Shown piece after piece: positions 28,242 through 37,642 of a stretch of 64,000 nucleotides of DNA; the first letter of the stretch is position 1; every line of letters begins with the position of its first letter. Source of the stretch: Actinomycetota bacterium (GTDB lineage Bacteria; Actinomycetota; Acidimicrobiia; IMCC26256; VFJJ01); NCBI GenBank assembly GCA_009886115.1, contig VFJJ01000051.1, positions 62,001 through 126,000 on the forward strand. The letters are read 5' to 3'. A program made the position numbers and the translations under genes. The notes beneath the pieces were generated by a model. That model searched no databases and was not told the origin of the DNA. It saw only the letters and a program-made list of their open reading frames with translations.

Positions 28242-29108
28242 TCAGGGAGGAGGCTCGACGGGCACCAGCTCGAGCGAGCGCACGTCGAGGACGCCCCAAG
28301 CCCGCATGTCGCCCTCGAGGTCGCTGGCGAAGCCCTCGAGCCGAGGCCGAGCCCGAGACTGGGGCCGAGCCTGCGCCACCGTCACGGACGGTTCGGGAGC
28401 GCCGAAGCCTCGGGATCGAGCGTCGTGGGAGAGCTCGAGCGACTGGCGGAGGTGCCAGTGCCCGTGCACGAGCAGCTCCGGACGGGTCGCGTCGACAGCC
28501 TCCTGCACCAGGGTGCGGTTCTGGCGGGCCCGAGCGAGATCGTCAGCCGGCAGGGGCATGTCGGCCCGTACGCCGATCCCGATGGGTACGTCGTGGGTCA
28601 GCAGGAGATCGAGCGGATCGTCGCCGAGCCGGGCGACATCGGCTGGGGTCGTCGTCTCACCCGTCCACCAGTTCACACCCAGCGTGCGAAGGCGCCAGTC
28701 GATCGAGAAGGCCCCGCCGAGCGCCCCGATCCGTCGCCCCTGCCAGGTCCAGCGAGCCCCCCGGGGAACCCAGTGGACGTGCCGGCTGATCTCCAGGAAG
28801 GGGGCTGTCGCCTCGTCCTGCGGGGGACGTCGAGCAGCCAGCGCCTCGAGCTCGTCGTGGTTCTCGTGGTTGCCGTCGAGCCAGTACAGGGGGATGTCGA
28901 GGTGCGCGGTGACCTTCTCGACCCGCTCGAGGAACAGGCGGCCCCGCTCGGTGTGGGGCCAGTAGCCGAAATCGCCGAGCTGCACGATGGTCTGGCATTC
29001 ATAGTGGCGGGCCAGCACTGCGAGCATCGCCACCCACTTGACGTTCCCGTGGGTGTCGCCGGCGAGGAGCACGCGCTCCGGATCCGGGTGCTGGAGTGGG
29101 ATCGTCAC
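28242..29108 (-). CDS. Calcineurin-like metallophosphoesterase
   Basis: GDTHGN, QLGDFG, DGNHEN, THD, HGHWH. Confidence 0.88.
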   Translation of the reverse strand: MTIPLQHPDPERVLLAGDTHGNVKWVAMLAVLARHYECQTIVQLGDFGYWPHTERGRLFLERVEKVTAHLDIPLYWLDGNHENHDELEALAARRPPQDEATAPFLEISRHVHWVPRGARWTWQGRRIGALGGAFSIDWRLRTLGVNWWTGETTTPADVARLGDDPLDLLLTHDVPIGIGVRADMPLPADDLARARQNRTLVQEAVDATRPELLVHGHWHLRQSLELSHDARSRGFGAPEPSVTVAQARPQSRARPRLEGFASDLEGDMRAWGVLDVRSLELVPVEPPP

Positions 29109-29220
29109 TCCCCCATCGTGCCAGGCGGGCGCAGCGTCGAGGCGCCAGGCCAGAATGCGGCCGTCGAATCCAGCAGACGCTGGCTCGGCTCGCTCGAACG
29201 GCTCGCACAGGGGGACGGTC

Positions 29221-30066
29221 ATGGGACTGCTCGACGGCAAGGTGGCGCTCATCACGGGTGGGGCGAGGGGGCAGGGCCGCAGCCACGCCATGGCGTTGGC
29301 TCGCGAGGGCGCCGACATCGCCGTGTGCGACATCTCGACCAAGCCCCGCACCACGTTCTACGACGGCCCGACCGCCGCCGACTTGAAGGAGACCGAACGG
29401 CTCGTGCACGAGCTCGACCGGCGATGCGTCGCGATGGAGGCCGACGTCACCGACCGGGTCGCGCTGGGCCGCTTCGTCGATGCCACCGTCGAGCAGCTCG
29501 GACACATCGACATCGTCTGCGCCAACGCCGGCATCGTCTCGTACAACAGCTTCTGGGAGACCACCGACGAGCAGTGGGACGACACCATCGCCACCAACAT
29601 GACCGGGGTGTGGAACACCGTGCGGGCCTGTGCCCGCCACATGATCGCCGCGGGTCGCGGCGGGTCGATGGTGCTCACGTCGTCGGTGGCAGCCTTCACA
29701 CCGGCGCCCGGGGCCTCGGCCTACGTGGCGTCGAAGAACGGTGTGGTGGGCATCATGAAGTCGGCGGCCGTCGAGTTGGCCCAGTTCAACATCCGGGTGA
29801 ACTCGATCCACCCGTGCACCGTCAACACGCCGATGGTGATCAACCAGCCGACCCGTGACATGTTCGGCGGCCGCTCCGGCGTCACCCACGCCGACGTCGA
29901 GCCGGCCATGCAGGCACTGGTGCTCCTGCCCCAGACCATGGCCGAGCCCGAGGACATGTCGGCGGCGGTGCTCTACCTCGTCTCCGACGCGGGACGGGCC
30001 GTCACCGGCGTGGCCCTGCCGGTCGACCTCGGCATGCAACTCGTCCCCCCGGGCGGCTGGCGCTGA
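29221..30066 (+). CDS. SDR oxidoreductase, mycofactocin-coupled subtype
   Basis: GKVALITGGARGQGRSHA..LAREGADI, insertion after the Asp, YVASK, IRVNSIHP..V.TPM. Confidence 0.85.
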   Translation: MGLLDGKVALITGGARGQGRSHAMALAREGADIAVCDISTKPRTTFYDGPTAADLKETERLVHELDRRCVAMEADVTDRVALGRFVDATVEQLGHIDIVCANAGIVSYNSFWETTDEQWDDTIATNMTGVWNTVRACARHMIAAGRGGSMVLTSSVAAFTPAPGASAYVASKNGVVGIMKSAAVELAQFNIRVNSIHPCTVNTPMVINQPTRDMFGGRSGVTHADVEPAMQALVLLPQTMAEPEDMSAAVLYLVSDAGRAVTGVALPVDLGMQLVPPGGWR

Positions 30067-30079
30067 CCAAAAACGCCTG

Positions 30080-30126
30080 AAATTTGTGCAGAAAACGTCG
30101 CCTGGCGACGTTTTCTGCACAAATTT
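30080..30126. repeat. Perfect 23-bp inverted repeat with 1-nt spacer between convergent genes (probable bidirectional terminator or REP-like element)
   Basis: aaatttgtgcagaaaacgtcgcc-t-ggcgacgttttctgcacaaattt. Confidence 0.92.
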
Positions 30127-30134
30127 GGGAGGGG

Positions 30135-31256
30135 TCAGAGTCCAAGTCCGTAGAGGCGCATGGCGTTGCCGGCCAGGACGGCGTGACGGTCGACGCTCGC
30201 CAGCGTCGCCGTGGATGCCTGGATGGTCTTCCACGACGCGGGCCAGTCGGTGCTGATGTGCGGGTAGTCGCTCGACCAGAGCACGCGCTCGGCGCCGATC
30301 TGGCTCAGCAGGCCCAGGCCGACGCTGTCGGTGATGTACGTGAGGTGCACGTGGCGCTCGACGTATGCCGAAGGAATGTCGCGGATCGTGAACGTCGACA
30401 CCGGCGCCAGACGTCGGTAGTTGTTGTCGATCTGCTCCTTGAAGTACGGGATCCAGCCGCAGTCGACCTCGGCGACGACGAGATCGAGCGCAGGGAACCG
30501 GTCGAACACCCCGGCGAAGATCAGCTGCACGATGCGGTTCGGGGCGTCGAAGAACCGTCCGTATCCGGGCAGTGCGCTGCGGTGGGCAGAGGGCATGGTC
30601 TCCGACAGGCTCACGTGGATGTGCAACGGCGTGCCCGCCTCGGCGAGCAGTCCCCACACGGCGTCGTCGGCCGAATCGATCTCCAACGATCCGTTGGGGT
30701 AGCAGCCCATCACGACCCCGGCGATCCCGGGCAGGGAAAGTGCCCGCTCGGCCTCGGCCACGGCGTCGGCCACTCCCCGGTTGGCGAGCAGGGCAAGGCC
30801 CAACAGGCGATCGGGTGCGCCCGTGCAGTACTCGGACAGCCAGTCGTTGTAGGCCCGAACGCACGCCAGGTGGAACTCGGGATCACGGTTGGCGAAGATG
30901 CTCTGCGAGATGCGCGGCGTGGGATACAGCACCTCGGCGTCGACCCCGTCGGCGTCCTGTTCGCGCAGACGGGCACGAGGATCGGCTCCGCCCTTGGCGA
31001 TGTCGTCGTAGCGCACCCAGGCCCGCATGTCCTCCGGACGCTTGCCCGCCACAGCGTTCATCCCGAAGTTGATGGGGTCGGCACAGCCTTCGAGGATCCA
31101 GGCGTCGCCCTGGTCGAGGTGCTCCATCCGGGGTGCCCGGCCGGCGAAGCGCGCGGGCACCCGATCGGTCCAGACGTCGGGCGGCTCGTTCACGTGGGAG
31201 TCGGCCGAGATCAGGCGGTACGACCGGGTGGTCGCGCCTGCCGAGGGGATGCTCAT
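30135..31256 (-). CDS. Amidohydrolase_2 family metalloenzyme
   Basis: ISADSHVNEP, AYNDW, WSSDYPH; ATGA overlap with the upstream gene. Confidence 0.92.
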   Translation of the reverse strand: MSIPSAGATTRSYRLISADSHVNEPPDVWTDRVPARFAGRAPRMEHLDQGDAWILEGCADPINFGMNAVAGKRPEDMRAWVRYDDIAKGGADPRARLREQDADGVDAEVLYPTPRISQSIFANRDPEFHLACVRAYNDWLSEYCTGAPDRLLGLALLANRGVADAVAEAERALSLPGIAGVVMGCYPNGSLEIDSADDAVWGLLAEAGTPLHIHVSLSETMPSAHRSALPGYGRFFDAPNRIVQLIFAGVFDRFPALDLVVAEVDCGWIPYFKEQIDNNYRRLAPVSTFTIRDIPSAYVERHVHLTYITDSVGLGLLSQIGAERVLWSSDYPHISTDWPASWKTIQASTATLASVDRHAVLAGNAMRLYGLGL

Positions 31257-33577
31257 GGGGAAGCCTCCAAGATGGCCGTCCACACCCGGAGGGGGGAGAG
31301 CGGTAGGTCGATGTGGGCGACGCCCAGATGGGCGAGCGCGTCGATGACGGCGTTGTGCACCGCGGGCGTGGCCCCCACGGCACCCGACTCACCGATCCCC
31401 TTGACGCCCAGGGGGTTCATGGTTGTCGCGGTGGTGAAAGCCACCGTCTCGATGCTCGGGACGTCGGCAGCCGATGGGAGGAGGTAGTCGGCGAAGCTCG
31501 TGCTGCGGGGATTGCCCATCGCGTCGTACACCATCTCCTCCAACAATGCCTGCCCGATCCCCTGCACGACCCCGCCGTGGACCTGGCCTTCGAAGCCCGC
31601 AGGGTCGAGGATGGTACCGGCGTCGTCACAGGCGACGAAGCGCACGAGCCGCACGGCGCCCGTCTCGACGTCGACCTCGACCACGGCGAGATGGGCGCCC
31701 GAGGTGTACGCGGCCTGGGTGGGCTCGAAGCGGATGCTCTCGCACAGCGACGCCGGGCTGCCGACCCCGGCGCCGGCCGTAGCCGACGCGTCCCCGGGCT
31801 CATCGTCGGATGCCACCTCGAACAGACCTACCGAAACAGCGGGCGTTCCGGCGACGTGGAACACCATACGTCCCTTGGCGTACACCACATCGACCGGCGC
31901 GGCTTCGAGCCGTGCCGCAGCCCGGAGCCGGGCTCGCTCCAACAGCCCTTCGACAGCCGCGGCCACGGCCGGTCCGCCGGTCTGTGCCGAGCGCGATCCC
32001 GCTGTGACCGTCCCGGTCGGCGTGTGATCGCTGTCGCCGCCGCGCACGGTCACTGCCGTGGACGCCACCCCCAGGCGGTCGGCGACGATCGCCGCATACA
32101 TGGCGGCGTGATCCTGACCGTGCGGGCTGGTGCCCGTGGTCACCTCGACCGAGCCGTCAGCGCCGAGCTCGACCGTGGCGTGCTCGGGCGTGTTCGAGAA
32201 CGAGGTGACCTCCACGTACGACGCCACGCCGATTCCGAGAAGTCGGTGGTGCTGCTGGGGATCGCCGCGCCGCTGGGCCTGCTCGGCCCGGAGCGCCTCG
32301 TAGCCCACGGCCGTCGTGACGAGCCGGAGCATCTCGGGATAGTCGCCGCTGTCGTACACGGCACCGGTCGGCGTGGTCGCAGGCATGGTGGCGGGGCCGA
32401 GCAGGTTCCGGTGCCGCACCTCCACCGGATCGAGGCCCACCAGCGCGGCGAACCCGTCGACGGCCCGCTCGATGGCTGCGGTGGCCTCGGGCCGTCCCGC
32501 TCCCCGGTAGGCGACCGTCGGCGCCGTGTTCGTGGTCACCGACCGACCGTCGAATTCGATCGCAGGGATGCCGTAGCACCCCGGCTGCATGTGACGCACC
32601 ATGAACGGGATGAACGACGCGATCCGAGGGTACGCCCCGGCGTCTTGCACCACACCGAGGCGATAGGCCTCGAGGGTGCCGTCGCGCCGACCGCCCAGGG
32701 CCACCTCGTGCACCTGGCCCCGGCCGTGGCCGAGGCCCACCGTGGCCTCGGAGCGGCTCTCGACCCACACCACCGGCCGCCCGAGCACGAGGGCCAGATG
32801 GCACACCAGGATCTCTTCCGGATGCGGAAAGGCCTTGGCGCCAAAGGCTCCGCCGACATCGGGGCAGACCACGCGCACGGTGTCGGGCCCGATCCCGAGC
32901 GCGGACGCGATGCGGTCTCGTACCGGGTGCGGACCCTGGGCCGAGATCCACACCGTGAGGCGACCATCGGCCGAGACCTGCGGCGGCACCGCCAGCACCG
33001 AACGCGACTCGATGGGAGAGGCGGCGAGACGCTGGTTGACGAGCCGGGTGGTGAACACCACGTCGCACGCATCGAGATCGACGGGGCCGGTCAGGCTCGG
33101 GACGCTGAACACGATGTTGGTACCGGCGCCGTCGTGCACGAGCGCGCTGTCACGCAGTGCGTCGGCCACGGCGACGACGGCCGTAAGGGGTCCGATGTCG
33201 ACGATCACCGCCTCGGAAGCGTCGAGCGCGGCGGCGCGGGTCTCGGCCACGACCACGGCGACAGCCTCACCCACGAAGCGGACCGTGTCGGTCGCCAGCA
33301 CGGGCCGCACCATCGCCTGGTTCAGCGCCGCGGGCTCGGGCACGATCGGCGCCAGCCCGCACTCGGGTCCGGTCATGACGTGCACGACCCCGGGGCGGGC
33401 GCGAGCATCGTCGACCCCGACGCCCAGGAGCCGTCCGTGGGCCACGGGCGAGCGCACGAACACGGCGTGGAGCACGCCCTCGGCGTGGGCCCGGTTCTCG
33501 ACGAAGGAGCCTTCTCCTCGCACCAGTCGCTCGGCGGCGCTGCTTCGACCCGACGATCGGCGTGCAGAGACGCTCAC
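31253..33577 (-). CDS. Xanthine dehydrogenase-family molybdopterin-binding subunit (form II CoxL-like)
   Basis: RSPVAHG, DVGGAFGAK, AYRGAGRPE, QVHGG..QGIG, GVKGIGESG; start approximate. Confidence 0.9.
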   Translation of the reverse strand: MSVSARRSSGRSSAAERLVRGEGSFVENRAHAEGVLHAVFVRSPVAHGRLLGVGVDDARARPGVVHVMTGPECGLAPIVPEPAALNQAMVRPVLATDTVRFVGEAVAVVVAETRAAALDASEAVIVDIGPLTAVVAVADALRDSALVHDGAGTNIVFSVPSLTGPVDLDACDVVFTTRLVNQRLAASPIESRSVLAVPPQVSADGRLTVWISAQGPHPVRDRIASALGIGPDTVRVVCPDVGGAFGAKAFPHPEEILVCHLALVLGRPVVWVESRSEATVGLGHGRGQVHEVALGGRRDGTLEAYRLGVVQDAGAYPRIASFIPFMVRHMQPGCYGIPAIEFDGRSVTTNTAPTVAYRGAGRPEATAAIERAVDGFAALVGLDPVEVRHRNLLGPATMPATTPTGAVYDSGDYPEMLRLVTTAVGYEALRAEQAQRRGDPQQHHRLLGIGVASYVEVTSFSNTPEHATVELGADGSVEVTTGTSPHGQDHAAMYAAIVADRLGVASTAVTVRGGDSDHTPTGTVTAGSRSAQTGGPAVAAAVEGLLERARLRAAARLEAAPVDVVYAKGRMVFHVAGTPAVSVGLFEVASDDEPGDASATAGAGVGSPASLCESIRFEPTQAAYTSGAHLAVVEVDVETGAVRLVRFVACDDAGTILDPAGFEGQVHGGVVQGIGQALLEEMVYDAMGNPRSTSFADYLLPSAADVPSIETVAFTTATTMNPLGVKGIGESGAVGATPAVHNAVIDALAHLGVAHIDLPLSPLRVWTAILEASP

Positions 33578-33632
33578 CGGCCGCGCGCTTCGACACAGAG
33601 CTGAGGTGGCAACGAGCGTGCCGAAACGACGG

Positions 33633-34421
33633 TCATGCGGGGATGAACGTCTGCACCGAGATGCCGAGGCCACCGTCGACGACCACGACCTGACCGGTCA
33701 CGTACCGGGCCGCATCGGACATGAGGAACACCACGACGGGGGCGATGTCGTCGGCCGTGCCCGTACGGCGCAAGGGGACCACGGGATGGCGCCGGGCCTG
33801 CACGGCCGGATCGGAGCTGCCCGGCGTGAACCGGGTGCCTCCGACGAGGCCAGGGGCGACGGCATTGACCCGAATGCCGAGCGGGCCCCATTCGAGCGCC
33901 ATCTGCTGGGTGAGCGCGACCACCCCGGCCTTGGCTGCGCTGTACGAGCCCGATCCGGGCGCGGGTGCGATGGCCACGAGCGACGCCAGTTTGACGACGA
34001 CACCGCCCGACGCCACGAGCGCGGGCTGGGCGGCCTGTGCACACAGGAACATCGAGGTGAGATCGACCCGCAGCGCGGTGTCCCACGCGTCGAGCGTGAG
34101 ATCGACCAGGGCGCCGCCGCGCACGATCCCCACGTTGTTCACCAGGCCGGTGAGACGCCCACCGTGACCTTCGATCGCTCGGGCCACGACGTCGCGAGCG
34201 CCCTCGAGCATCGTCACGTCGCCGATGACCACCGTGGCCGTGCCGCCGCCTGCTCGGATCGCCTCCGCGGTCCCGGCGGCACCGGCGGCATCGATGTCGT
34301 TGACGGCCACGGCGGCCCCCGCGCCGGCACAGGCCCGGGCGATAGCGGCGCCGATGCCCGATCCGGCGCCGGTCACCAGCACCGCCGCGCCCGTCATCGT
34401 GTCATGCACCGGTTCCTCCAT
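33633..34421 (-). CDS. Classical SDR oxidoreductase
   Basis: TGAGSGIG, NNVG, YSAAK, IRVNAVAPG. Confidence 0.9.
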   Translation of the reverse strand: MEEPVHDTMTGAAVLVTGAGSGIGAAIARACAGAGAAVAVNDIDAAGAAGTAEAIRAGGGTATVVIGDVTMLEGARDVVARAIEGHGGRLTGLVNNVGIVRGGALVDLTLDAWDTALRVDLTSMFLCAQAAQPALVASGGVVVKLASLVAIAPAPGSGSYSAAKAGVVALTQQMALEWGPLGIRVNAVAPGLVGGTRFTPGSSDPAVQARRHPVVPLRRTGTADDIAPVVVFLMSDAARYVTGQVVVVDGGLGISVQTFIPA

Positions 34422-34986
34422 CGCCTGCTCCGACGGGTTCCGCCGAAGCCTGAGAGGCCGCAGAGGCCGCCGAGGCCGCCGAGGCCGGGGCTACCCCCGC
34501 TACCCCGGCAACCCCAGCTACCACACGGAATCGCAGCTCGGTCCATTCGCCGTGGTCGTGGTGGAAGGCCTCCACCGCGGCGCCGATCGCGCTCCGCTCC
34601 TCGGGCTCGACCCGGCCCACGACCCGGCATCCGTCGTCGAGCTCGACGGTGGCCACGACGTACGGGACGTCGGCGGCAAACGCATCGGAGAACGCCCTGT
34701 GCACCCGCACCTGCGAGTAGACGACACCACGTCCGCTCGACTCGACGATCGACGAGCCGACACCGCCGCACCACGGACAGCCCGGCATCGGCGGGAACCG
34801 TACCCGCCGACACTCGACGTCCTCGCAGCGTTGCAGGAGCAAGCGATGGGCCCGCAGCCCGGCCCAGTAGAACGCACTGTCCTCGTCGACCACCGGAGGC
34901 GTGACCCGCGTGACCGGCGTGGCTCCAGAGAGCCGGGCGGCTCCAGGGGGCTGAGCGCCCGGCGGGGGTGCAGCCGTGGCCATCAC
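34402..34986 (-). CDS. DUF35 Zn-ribbon/OB-fold protein (ChsH2 C-terminal-like)
   Basis: YWAG....LLLQRC...C...RFPP.PGCPWCG, SSGRGVVYS, PYVVATVELDDG. Confidence 0.88.
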   Translation of the reverse strand: MMATAAPPPGAQPPGAARLSGATPVTRVTPPVVDEDSAFYWAGLRAHRLLLQRCEDVECRRVRFPPMPGCPWCGGVGSSIVESSGRGVVYSQVRVHRAFSDAFAADVPYVVATVELDDGCRVVGRVEPEERSAIGAAVEAFHHDHGEWTELRFRVVAGVAGVAGVAPASAASAASAASQASAEPVGAGDGGTGA

Positions 34987-35819
34987 CGACCCCGGAAGCG
35001 GGGCCGGCGCTTCTCGGCGAAGGCAGCCAGGCCTTCCGACGCGTCGGGCACGTGCAGGCAGTACTCGACGTTGCGGCGTCGTTCCTCGGCCAGCCCTTCG
35101 GCCAACGGGGCTGCGGCGGCCCAGATCTGCACCATGGTCTCCTTGGCGGTTCGCAGCGCGGCCCGGCTGTGCTCGGCATAGCGTGTCGCGAGCGCCAGCC
35201 CCTCGGCGAGCAGATCGTCGTCGTCGACGACTCGGGCCACCAACCCGTAGCTCGCGGCTTCATCGGCGCTGAGGAAGCGGCCGCTGAAGATCATCTCGGC
35301 GGCCCGCTGGATCCCCACGAGCCGAGGCAACAGGGTGAGCGCCCCGCCGCCGCCCATCTGGCCGAAGTTCACGTGGGCGTCGCCGATGCGGGCGCTCCGC
35401 GCGGCCAGCGCCAGATCGCACGACATGATCACCTCGAGGCCTCCCGCCGCGGCGATCCCGTTGACCAGTGCCACCACGGGCACCGGAAGCTCGCGCAGCC
35501 TGCCGAAGACCCGGTGGAAGTCGGCGATGAAGCGGGGGTAGCGCTCCGCGTCGGCGTAGAGGTCGAGATACTTCGCGAGATCGCCACCGGCGCTGAAGGC
35601 CCGCCCCCGACCGGTGACGAGGATGGCTCGCACCCGCAAATCGCTGCCGATCTCGTCGATGGCCGAATCGAAGGCGAGCACGGTGTCCCAGTCGAGCGCG
35701 TTGAGCTGGGCCGGACGGTTGAACGCCACGACGGCCGCATAGCGCTCCCGACGCCCGAGGCGGTGCCGTTCGACGACGATCGGCGGCTCGGTGGCGGCGT
35801 GTATGGCGGCGGCGGTCAC
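34983..35819 (-). CDS. Enoyl-CoA hydratase/isomerase family protein
   Basis: NRPAQLNAL, AFSAGGD, AAGGLE, EGLAAFAEKR.P.F.GR. Confidence 0.92.
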   Translation of the reverse strand: MTAAAIHAATEPPIVVERHRLGRRERYAAVVAFNRPAQLNALDWDTVLAFDSAIDEIGSDLRVRAILVTGRGRAFSAGGDLAKYLDLYADAERYPRFIADFHRVFGRLRELPVPVVALVNGIAAAGGLEVIMSCDLALAARSARIGDAHVNFGQMGGGGALTLLPRLVGIQRAAEMIFSGRFLSADEAASYGLVARVVDDDDLLAEGLALATRYAEHSRAALRTAKETMVQIWAAAAPLAEGLAEERRRNVEYCLHVPDASEGLAAFAEKRRPRFRGR

Positions 35820-37546
35820 GGCAACCGGGTGCTCGGCCCGACACCATCGGAGCCGTCCCGCACGGCGAGGAGCCTCACCAGCTCGTGCTTTTGCACCTTG
35901 CCCGAGGCCGTGGTGGGCAGGGCCTCGACGATCGCCAACTCCTCGGGAAGCTTGTACGCGGCGAGCCCATCGGCGCGGAGACGCTCGACGACCGTGGTCA
36001 GATCGAGGGACCGGTCAGGCTCGAGCACGACGCACGCGCACGACCGCTCCCCCAGCCGGTCGTCGGGACGACCCACCACGGCCACACGCTGAACCTCGGG
36101 GAAGCGAACGATCAGGTCCTCGATCTCCCTCGGGGTGATGTTCATCCCGCCCCGGATGATGATCTCCTTCTTGCGCCCGACGACGGTCAGATACCCGTCG
36201 GCGTCGATCGTGACCAGATCGCCCGAGCGGACCCAGCCCCCGTCGAGGTAGGTCGCCGCGGTTCGATCGGGGTCGGCGAAGAGCCCAACCGACGTGGACG
36301 GGCCCCGGACGACGAGCTCACCCTCGAGCGCCGAGCCTTCGCCTCGCCCCCCCGCCGGCACGACGCGATCACAGTCGAGGACGCCGATCTCGGTGTGGGG
36401 CAAGGCGAGCCCGTCGGTGTGCACCCGTTGGTGGAGCGACGAGCCCGGCATGTTCCACGTGCCGACGAGCACCTCGGTGGAGCCGTAGAGCCGGAGCACA
36501 CCGATCCCTTCCTCGATCGCCGCCTCGGCCAGATCGGGTGGCACGGGCGCGCCGCCGCAGCCGAAGCACCGCAGGGTATCGAGCCGAACCCCTCGGCGCC
36601 GGGCCTCGGCCGCCAGATCCTGCAGGAAGGTCGTGGCCGCGAGCGTGTACGTCGCGCCCTCGCCCACGACGAGATCCGCAGCCCGCTCCGGATCCCACTG
36701 GTCCTGCAACACGAGCGGGAGCCCGTGGTACAGGGCGAAGCGCAGGCCGTAGTTGAAGCCCGTCGAATGGCCGACCGGCGACGGCATCCACACGACGTCG
36801 CCGTCGCCGATGCCCAAGTGCTCCTTGGCCGCCCGCATGGCGGCGTTCGTCGTCTGCTCGGTGTGCATGATGGCCTTGGGCGTGGCCTCGGTACCCGAGG
36901 TGAAGATCAGCTCCGACACGGCCCCGGCCGCTGTTGGCGCTCGCGTGGCCGGGCGGTGGCCGCCGCGGGCGAGGACCTCGCCGAGGTCACCGCCCAGCCG
37001 GGCCGCAGGCCGGTCGGGCGCACCGCTCGTCTCGACGGCACCAGCCGCAGCGCTCCCAGTGGCCATGACGAGATGCTCGACGGTCGTCTCGGTGGCGCTC
37101 GTCACGAGGTCGACGAGCGCTCGATGGTCGAATCCCCGGTAGGTGTCGGGGGTGATGATCGCCCGGGGCCGGGCCGCGAGGAAGACATGGGTGAGCTCCC
37201 GGGCCCGGTAGTTGGGCAACAGCGGATTGATGACCGCGCCGAGCCGTTGTACGGCCACGGCGGCGACCACCGCCTGGTAGCAGTTCGGGAGCTGCACCGA
37301 CACCACGTCGCCCGCTCCCACGCCACGATCGCTCAAATGTGCAGCGAGAGCGCCTGCGTCGCGCCAGAGATCGAGGTACGTGATGCGGGCCAAGGCCGTC
37401 CCGGGTTCCCCACTCGCCACCACGGCGATCGCGTCGGGGCGGGTCGACGCCCAGTGCTCGACGGCCCCGGCCAACGTGTCGGCGTTCCACAGGCCCCGGC
37501 GCTCGTAGAGCGACCGGCGTTCGGGCGAGGTCGCGACGTCGTGCAC
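35816..37546 (-). CDS. AMP-forming acyl-CoA synthetase (cyclohexanecarboxylate-CoA ligase-like)
   Basis: FTSGTEATPK, YGSTE, SGDL, GRKKEIIIRGG, TASGKVQK. Confidence 0.9.
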   Translation of the reverse strand: MHDVATSPERRSLYERRGLWNADTLAGAVEHWASTRPDAIAVVASGEPGTALARITYLDLWRDAGALAAHLSDRGVGAGDVVSVQLPNCYQAVVAAVAVQRLGAVINPLLPNYRARELTHVFLAARPRAIITPDTYRGFDHRALVDLVTSATETTVEHLVMATGSAAAGAVETSGAPDRPAARLGGDLGEVLARGGHRPATRAPTAAGAVSELIFTSGTEATPKAIMHTEQTTNAAMRAAKEHLGIGDGDVVWMPSPVGHSTGFNYGLRFALYHGLPLVLQDQWDPERAADLVVGEGATYTLAATTFLQDLAAEARRRGVRLDTLRCFGCGGAPVPPDLAEAAIEEGIGVLRLYGSTEVLVGTWNMPGSSLHQRVHTDGLALPHTEIGVLDCDRVVPAGGRGEGSALEGELVVRGPSTSVGLFADPDRTAATYLDGGWVRSGDLVTIDADGYLTVVGRKKEIIIRGGMNITPREIEDLIVRFPEVQRVAVVGRPDDRLGERSCACVVLEPDRSLDLTTVVERLRADGLAAYKLPEELAIVEALPTTASGKVQKHELVRLLAVRDGSDGVGPSTRLP

Positions 37547-37642
37547 GACCGGGGAACGTCGCGCGCCCGAGCCCGCGCTGTCAACGTCAGGGCTCCGTCG
37601 CAGTGTCGATCCTGGCGCATAGCGTGCGCCGAGGGAGGGACG

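Noticed and set aside
31253..33577. Aerobic CO dehydrogenase call
   Set aside because: The active-site loop is AYRGAGR rather than AYRCSFR, and no cox accessory genes are present.
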